From contig OZ024741.1 in assembly GCA_964016885.1 (NCBI GenBank), forward strand, positions 301,258,001-301,322,000: 64,000 bases of DNA, read 5' to 3'. The stretch is from Eledone cirrhosa (lineage: Eukaryota). The position numbers and the translations under genes were made by a program. Below are positions 56,525-64,000 of the stretch, one piece after another. How positions within the stretch are numbered: the first letter of the stretch is position 1; every line of letters begins with the position of its first letter. Under the pieces are notes generated by a model, which worked only from the letters and a program-made list of their open reading frames with translations, was not told the DNA's origin and did not search any database.

Positions 56525-57517
56525 TATATATATAAGGACAACCGTACGAATGCGCATGCGCAGAAACTCGGACACTTCACACAGGCAATACTAGACTGCG
56601 TGCGAGAGGTGTAAGGGAGATAACTGCGAAAGTCCGGGTATCTGAAGGTAGACTGGTGGTTCAGGAAACGCTCCTTGAATCGGCCCTCTGCCATGCTCAC
56701 ATAGGATTTGACCTCCTGGATTTGACCTAGGAGCAACACCCCACCACGGTGCTCTTGCCGTAAGCCTGAAGCTTGCCCCTTCAACAGCAATGCAACACAC
56801 TAGCTGTAATCTATGAAGCTGTGGTCACTTCCAACCGACCAAACGAACCACAGGAGGTCAAATCCTATGTGGGCATGGCGGAGGGCCGATTCAAGGAGCG
56901 TTTCCTGAACCACCAGTCTACCTTCAGATACCCAGACAGACGTTCATCCACGAAACTCGCGAGCCACGTATGGTCCCTCAAGGACTCAAGTATAGGCTAC
57001 TCCATTCAATGGAAAGCCATCACTAAGTCCAAGCCATACACAAAGGGAAATCCGACGTGTGGCTTATGTATTGACGAACGAATAACTATCCTAAAGAGAT
57101 TACGCAATAGTGATTGCCTAAACACGAGGAGTGAATTTTTCACACGTTGTCCACACGTCACCAAACATCTATTGCATAACGACAAGGCTCTGGACTGATT
57201 CTTTGTAATTTTATTTTTAATTTTATTTTAATTTTATTTTCAACCTAAAAACTTTCCGGACTTTTGCAGTTATCACCCTTACACCTCTCGCACGCAGTCT
57301 AGTATTGCCTGTGTGAAGTGATCGAGTTTCTGCGCATGCGCGTTCGTACGGTTGTCCTTCCTGTTCCTATAACCATACACATCCCGAGCTGAAGATCCGC
57401 TAAGGTGAAACAATAGTTCTCGGTATGGTGAACTAACTGTTGTATAACCACTTCTACCTAACTCGTCCCTCGGACTGAGTGCTCTACCACTACGGATATT
57501 ACCTTCCAGTGTTCCAC

Positions 57518-57520
<3 letters not shown>
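56525..57520 (+). mobile_element. Naiad-type 3' end (GIY-YIG + pLTR) with mosaic inverted 5' segment
   Basis: ORF 56773-57198: VIYEA..YVGMAEGRFKERFLNH..TKLASHVW..CGLCIDE..LNTRSEFFTRCPH; 56525-56637 and 56635-56720 are inverted copies of ~57255-57360 and ~56850-56933. Confidence 0.9.
57384..57423 (+). ncRNA. Minimal type I hammerhead ribozyme
   Basis: ccgag-CTGAAGA-t-cc-gctaa-gg-t-GAAA-caatag-TT-ctcgg. Confidence 0.7.
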
Positions 57521-57558
<38 letters not shown>

Positions 57559-58039
57559 GATTTTTTCATGTCAGATAACGGTCAATAGCCGTCGCAAACC
57601 TTGCCCCTGAGTGGACTGGACAATACCAGCTATCACTAGGCCTAACTGTTGATATGTGCCTCGTATTCCTAATCTGCCAAAAATCAATGTTAACTACTAG
57701 TGATTGGTAGATCTTTTCGGGTGTCGAAACCTAAATATTTTAGTCAACCAGAATATTTTGGTCCAGGTGATGAAAGTATAAGTATCACGACTCTTTCTTC
57801 ATTTAACTGCTGGCGTTCTTAAATTTATTTGATTGTTATATGCCTATTTGTTCAATATGGGTGCCGCTTTTCTACGAACAAATCACTTTGATGTGCTCCG
57901 AAGCAAATTATTCATCCACGTGGTTTCGCTTCTGTTATATAGGAAACAAGATGAGAAAATTGCCTTGGCTTTTATGCTTATGGTATTAAACCCAGTAGGG
58001 ATTACTGACTGAGCTAGATCTTTTTAACCTTTTATGCAC

Positions 58040-58120
58040 ATTACACCTGACGACGTCACCGATTGTATTGAGCCATGGTCAAATGACGTAAGCCGATCAC
58101 CGAAAAACGTATTATGTAAT
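58040..58120 (+). ncRNA. Degenerate hammerhead motif in a pLTR ending at ~58286
   Basis: attacac-CTGACGA...cc-GAAA-aacgta-TT-atgtaat. Confidence 0.5.
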
Positions 58121-58322
58121 TGTCAAATATTAAAAGAATAATATATTGGAATCTCACTTTCTATTTTCATTGATCTATTTACCTCCGTTCCCGCACCAGC
58201 CATGAGATACTACATCTTTGATGGATGATCTGCATAACATAGAGTACTTTTACTTATTACATAATGGTCTGCTAATCGGAACGACTATATATACCCATTA
58301 GTTAAACCATCCAACTTAAACT

Positions 58323-58373
<51 letters not shown>

Positions 58374-58374
<1 letters not shown>

Positions 58375-58587
58375 CGAAGGAAATGTGGTAAGGAACCAGA
58401 TGGACCATAACGCACCAAAGTACTCAATACTTAGGGTAGTAGAGTGGGTAATAGGAACGAGTGGGATCCCGACAGCTGAGCTCAAGCCGTTTCAACAGCT
58501 AATTCTGGATTAAATTCTGGACTAAAATTTTAGTCCAGAATTAGCCGTCGAAACGGCTTGAGCTTAGCCGTCGGGGTCCTACTCGTT

Positions 58588-58591
<4 letters not shown>
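58374..58591 (-). mobile_element. pLTR 3' end folded into a palindrome (58450-58591) between (TA)n tracts
   Basis: ataggaacgagt..aattctgga mirrored by tccagaatt..actcgttcctat; related to 5790-5890. Confidence 0.75.
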
Positions 58592-58651
<60 letters not shown>

Positions 58652-59023
58652 CATCTTCCCATCCCACCCCTCCCCACCTTCAAACGCGCACGCAATCTCC
58701 GTACCCTCCTCGTCCACAGCCTATTGAAACTCATACTCTGCCACCACTACTAGATTTCCATCAGCTGACAATGACAAGGCATATTGCCAGCCCGGACGGG
58801 GTGATCGTTCGGTTGGAGGGCGGGGTGGGGCGTTATCTGCCTAGGCTAGTTTTCTGTGAGTTTGGTGTAGTGGATTGTCAACTTCCATTTGCGCCAGCGA
58901 AGACTGGCGGAGGTGAATCGGGGACCACGGGGAACGGGCAGGCGATTGAAGGACACACACCTTGTCTGTTCCTTTGTCGTTTCTGTTTGGTTGTCTTGGG
59001 AACGTAACGTTATTATATAAGAA

Positions 59024-59097
59024 GCTGTCTGATGATATCACGGCACTGGGACACGGAATCGTGTGGCCCCTGTCGTCATTGAAATATGTATCATTGC
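59024..59097 (+). ncRNA. Type I hammerhead motif with long stem II
   Basis: gctgt-CTGATGA..cggca..acacg-gaat-cgtgt..tgtcg..-GAAA-tatgta-TC-attgc; ~50 nt before (TA)n. Confidence 0.65.
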
Positions 59098-59143
59098 ATA
59101 ATCAATAATGGACTTTAACATCTGAAACTACTTCGCATTTTCT

Positions 59144-59189
<46 letters not shown>

Positions 59190-59694
59190 AGGTGCGTCGC
59201 TTCGTAAAGGTTGTGGCTCGGTGTTGGTGAATGCGGTGGTGGCGGTTCTTATGTTGCTGTTTCTTATGTGGTCCTGGTCTGTCTGTTTGTTAGTGTCGGT
59301 GTTTTTGTTGTGGAGTATGTTGTGTATAGAGTGCCCACCATCCACCGACCAACAAACAACAATCAGGCAGACTACCAATACAACACCACACCTGCCAGTA
59401 TCAAAGACTGAATATAAGAAATCGACAGCCAAGTGCGTACGCACTGACACATCACCATCCCACTACTCTAGTACAGAAGAACTGCCTCGACCTTTGTCTG
59501 ACCGCAGCTATTCCGCGCACGCGCGCGACCTACAGAGTAGTTCAGTTGTACACACATGATAGACAATAGAGGCCACGTGTTGTTCCTCTCCAACTAAACA
59601 CTTTCTCCCTCGGAAAACCCCAGTTGATGGATGCGAAATCCGAAATATAGGTACAATTAAATCACTTCCAAGGTAACATTATCTCGTGTTATTA

Positions 59695-59882
59695 GCAGGA
59701 CGGTGGATTGGCAGTATCAGTAGAGGGTCGGACACCATGCTTTCCAGTATAGTTACGTCCCTTTACGATCTGAGTTCAAATCCCTCCGAGGTTGACTTTG
59801 CCTTTCATCCTTACGGGGTCGATAAAATAAAGTACCAGTAATGCACTGGGTAATTGCTGGCCTTGTGACTAAAGTAGAGACA
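59695..59882 (+). mobile_element. tRNA-derived SINE with 17-bp TSD
   Basis: Same family; TSD attatctcgtgttatta at 59678-59694 and 59883-59899. Confidence 0.88.
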
Positions 59883-60078
59883 ATTATCTCGTGTTATTAT
59901 TTTTACACTCTTTCCTACGTTCCTCTACACCCTATACGTCTCATTCTACATTTGGTCTTACATCTCTCATTAACACCGGATTCTGTTACCCGGAGATTTA
60001 CCCAACTGCATTGTTGGGGCTTCCAAAACGACCAATTTTATTATTCCACAATGCTTCAAACAAACTTCAACACTATCT

Positions 60079-60132
<54 letters not shown>

Positions 60133-60144
60133 TTCTTTTTTTCT

Positions 60145-60405
60145 AGGGCGGGTAAAATTCCTGAAATCCATGGACGAGTTCTCTCCAGCGGTCTCTGTCC
60201 CTCATTATCGCTGCCATGTCCTGCGTCTCCAACAGACCAGTGTCTGTCCTTAGGGCATCAACATACGTTAACCTTGGTCTTCTTCCAGTGTGTCCATGTA
60301 GGGGCTCCCCACAGGAGCACTGAGTGCAATGTTAATTCTGGATGTCGGTGAGCATGTCCAGCTAACCTCAGTCTCCTCTGTGTCACTTTTGAGCTGACTT
60401 TTGGG
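60145..60405 (-). pseudogene. RTE-clade LINE 3' remnant
   Basis: Minus strand KVTQRRLRLAGHAHRHPEL..VLLW, the RTE post-RT motif. Confidence 0.7.
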
Positions 60406-60503
<98 letters not shown>

Positions 60504-60555
60504 CCCAAAGGTTAGCTCAAAAGTGACACAGAGGAGACTGAGGTTAGCTGGACAT

Positions 60556-61356
60556 TCATATATATTTTTATTTGTCTGACCCGAATTTTCTTGGTCGTGT
60601 GTTCGGCTGTGCGAATGATTGTTTAATCATCGTCTCAGTGTGTTGGTATTTAAACGTTAGTTATAGTTCTGGTTTATCCAAACTATTGAGCACTTTGCCA
60701 CACATTTCGAAGATTGTGTTTTGTTATTTCGTGGGCCGAGGTTCCGATTCTCGATAATTTATTTGTATTTATCTCCAGTCTTTAGCTATTGATCAGTTAA
60801 TTTTATTGATTTTTTTGTTGATCCTATTGACTGATGAATAGCTCATGTTAATTGTAACCCGTCTGTTGAGAACTCTAATTCGATATGTGATATTTTGTAT
60901 TTTTACAATAATATACACTACTGAATTCATTCGCCTAATATAGGGGTTCCCTCCCTTGGATTTAGTAACGGGTTCCCTTGTATTATTGAACTAAACGCCC
61001 GTTGAAAAAGTGGTTTCCTTGTTCATCATCTTACCAGAAGCCGGATATTTTTTATGTAAGCTGACGGTAACTGATTTAGGAGCCGCAGAAACCCAAACTG
61101 CTGGAATTTACCATCTTTCCAGGGGGTCCGGGTAAATTTGTCATTCATATATATTTTTATCTGTCTGACCCGAATTTTCTTGGTCGTGTGTTCGGCTGTG
61201 CGAATGATTGTTTAAGCATCGTCTCAGTGTGTTGGTATTTAAACGTTAGTTATAGCTCTGGTTTATCCAAACTATTGAGCACTTTGCCACACATTTCGAA
61301 GATTGTGTTTCGTTATTTCGTGGGCCGAGGTTCCGATTCTCGATAATTTATTTGTA
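60556..61356 (+). mobile_element. Non-coding element with ~210-bp direct terminal repeats (60556-60767, 61143-61356)
   Basis: tgtctgacccgaattttcttggtcgtg..ccgattctcgataatttatttgtat twice; 3' copy ends in (TA)n; tail resembles 32835-32945. Confidence 0.8.
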
Positions 61357-61377
61357 TATATATATATATATATATAT

Positions 61378-61930
61378 ATTGTTATGCGTTGGGATGTTCA
61401 TGTTGCCAATAAGAAACACACGCACCAGTTGCTTTCACTCCAATGTATTATAAATTAAATTTATAAATTTAAGAATTTATAAATTTCCGGTTGGTTGGTT
61501 TGTTCCATAGCCGGACGGTATTTCATATATTGTCAAAGTTCTTTGGTCACACATCCTGTGACCTCTTCAGTGATTGGGGATTATTTTCTTTGTTTTACGG
61601 TTTATGGTTTTCGAAAAAACAAGATGACGTAGGACAGAACAAAGGAAAGGCACAAAACAAAGAAAAGAATCCCCAGTCACTGAGGAGGTCACAGAATGCG
61701 TGATGAAAGAACTTTTACAATACATAAACAACCGTCCGGTTATGGAACCAACCAACCTACCGAAAATTTATAAATTCTTAAATTTATGAATTTAATTTAT
61801 AATAAATTGGAGTGAAAGCAACTGGTGAGTGTGTTACTTATTGGCAACATGACCCTCCCAAAGCATAACAATATCGGTTTCAACTCACGTTTTCAGATAA
61901 AGAATCTTGCTAAACAAATTCAGAAACGAA

Positions 61931-61932
<2 letters not shown>
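61378..61932. mobile_element. Inverted pair of pLTRs of the 30204-32561 family, both HHRs degenerate
   Basis: 61378-61592 (-) and 61625-61930 (+) match 32250-32560; flanked by (TA)n. Confidence 0.85.
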
Positions 61933-61991
<59 letters not shown>

Positions 61992-61992
<1 letters not shown>

Positions 61993-63110
61993 GGAGAAAT
62001 ATATAAAGGAGAACAAACCGTTAAAACATGTTTATTAAAAAATAGCAACCACGTACGTTTCGCCCGAAATGGCTTCTCAAGGGCATAAAAAACTCAAAAG
62101 CGTTCCTTACATAACCCAGAATGGGTTTTTAGAAATAAGTTCACGTCACAGTTCATTCTTCGTTAAAAAACATGTATTGATTTTTCAGTAGGTCAAGGGA
62201 GATAACTCTAAACGGTGTTAGAGCAGTATTCTCCAGGCGACTTTTTATCCGTTATTACTTTGTAGTTACAGCTTTACCATTGTCGATACGCACAGTGTCA
62301 GGTATGCAACGTTAGTTTCCAGAGGTTTTTTTTCTGCGCCTGCTCGCCTGGGTCGATTAGTGCCGGGTCTGGGATGCATGGTTAGTTTCCGAATGTTTTT
62401 TAGAGCGCCTGCCCGCCGGGATGTTAAGGTTTGGTGCAGGGTTACCCGGTTTACGGACTTCACTCCTCATTCTTATTCCATCTGGAGTAGGATATTTTTA
62501 AGCGGTGTGTACAGCTTATCGTCGTTTCTGCTCTGCTGTTGATGAGCTCGTGGGGTGCCGTTATGATATGGTAAAGCTCTATGAAGCAAAGCTCGCACTT
62601 CCTCTTGAAATTGTACGGTGCTACTCTGCCGACAATTTCCCAGTGCTTGGAGAAGCTGATGTTTGAGTCTTTTAATGCTGCATTGGTACCATTATAACCC
62701 ACCGCGTGCGGGGTAGTACCATTATCATTCCGCACGCAGCAGCGTCTTCCGTTGCCGTCCGTTGCCGTCACCTGCATATTCCCCAGTCATGTCGCGGTTA
62801 TGTTGGTTGCGTCTGTAGTGGCAGTTGCCAGCACTATTGGGTGCTGCTAGGAATCGTCAAGGCCGATATAGTTGTTGTCAGCTGTAGGTGTATCGGTGCT
62901 AAAGTGCTGTATCTTGGTGATCGCACTGTGATTAGTTATTCCTATGAAGTCTGGTAGGTTAGGAGTAGTAGAGAAGGATATTTTGGGGTCATGTAAGGAA
63001 CGCTTTTTAGTTTGTTGTGCCCTTGAGAAGCCCTTTTGTGCGAAACGTACGTAGGTGCCATTTTTAAATAAACATGCTTAACCGTTTGTTCTCCTTTATA
63101 TATTTCTCCA
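61992..63110. mobile_element. Naiad-type 3' end (GIY-YIG C-terminus on -, 62460-62700) with inverted pLTR arms
   Basis: KHWEIV..PYN..KCELCFIE..LINSRAE..SCTH; 61992-62117 inverted at ~62986-63110. Confidence 0.85.
63019..63058 (+). ncRNA. Hammerhead, U3:A8 variant (mirror copy 62045-62084 on -)
   Basis: gccc-TTGAGAA-gc..gc-GAAA-cgtacg-TA-ggtgc; palindromic stem III. Confidence 0.65.
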
Positions 63111-63264
63111 CGTGTATCCTCTGTGCTGATTTCCTCGCCCACTAGATATTAACACTTCTAATATTTAACACTGCAGGCACAAGCATTGAGCACACTTTGC
63201 ATATGCTATTGGCAAATAACCACATGTATCGCCTATCTCTTCTCTCTCTCTCTATAGTTAATTA

Positions 63265-63379
<115 letters not shown>

Positions 63380-63682
63380 GAATGACCTGTAGTATCTATT
63401 TCATACTATTATTCTTATTTAAAAATATATCTGATCAAGAATGCCTTTTGTGAAAATCAGTCATGTGGAACTATTGTCATCTTGCCTGATGGTTTGAACC
63501 CTACAGAACCACCTGCCTCTTTGAGGTCAAATACCAACCTACTACCATCTACAAACTGACCAATGAGAATCAAGATTATTCCTGCTGACAACATCAAAAT
63601 ATTCCTAACAACCTCATATGTCCCAAGGCTCTGATACCATCAACACTATACACACAGAACTAGCATATCTAAGAACTGGCTA

Positions 63683-63738
63683 ACTGCCTGATGAGGTCAT
63701 AGCCATTCAATGGCTATCATCGAAATATATATAGCAGT
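63683..63738 (+). ncRNA. Type I hammerhead ribozyme
   Basis: actgc-CTGATGA-gg..atagccat-tca-atggctat..c-GAAA-tatata-TA-gcagt. Confidence 0.88.
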
Positions 63739-63779
63739 AAATAAAGGATTATGAATTCATGCAATTGACTTATGTTTCG

Positions 63780-63845
<66 letters not shown>

Positions 63846-63848
<3 letters not shown>

Positions 63849-64000
63849 CGTTTCTGAATTTGTTTTCAAGATTCTTTATCTGAAATCGTGTGTTGAAACC
63901 GATATTGTTATACTTTGGGAGGGTCATGTTGCCAATAAGAAATGGAAAGCATACCGCAAATAGCAAACTCCATCCACCAGAGCATTAGAGTTACTATAGA
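63846..64000. mobile_element. Start of another copy of the 30204-32561 family: inverted pLTR end joined to RT sequence
   Basis: 63846-63942 is the reverse complement of ~32467-32562; 63941-64000 matches ~31039-31098 (MESI..IANSIHQSIRVTI). Confidence 0.85.

Overview
AT-rich, microsatellite-saturated eukaryotic non-genic DNA, most likely an octopod cephalopod (inferred from the tRNA-SINE family). No host exon can be supported, and the many YI/HT/CV 'ORFs' are translated (TA)n/(CA)n tracts. The window is a graveyard of Penelope-like retroelements (PLEs) of at least three clades: three long Naiad-type copies plus fragments, one near-complete Neptune-like element, and a third RT+GIY-YIG family. 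It also holds CR1-, R4/Dong- and RTE-type LINE remnants and tRNA SINEs. Almost every PLE 3' end abuts a (TA)n tract, and about 25 minimal type I hammerhead ribozyme (HHR) motifs of about 15 unrelated pLTR families can be read by eye. Most interesting: (1) a two-ORF GIY-YIG PLE whose RT frame has no usable ATG and is reached from a coiled-coil ORF1 through a correctly phased T_TTT_TTA -1 slippery site; (2) repeated inverted duplications of flanking DNA mirrored around (TA)n tracts, and head-to-head fusions of different PLE families, suggesting fold-back/two-ended priming at self-complementary TA targets; (3) a short GAG(T/C)(G/A)C(T) motif at a similar distance from the 3' end of otherwise unrelated pLTRs. 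All coordinates and structures were read by eye; no alignments or folding programs were run.
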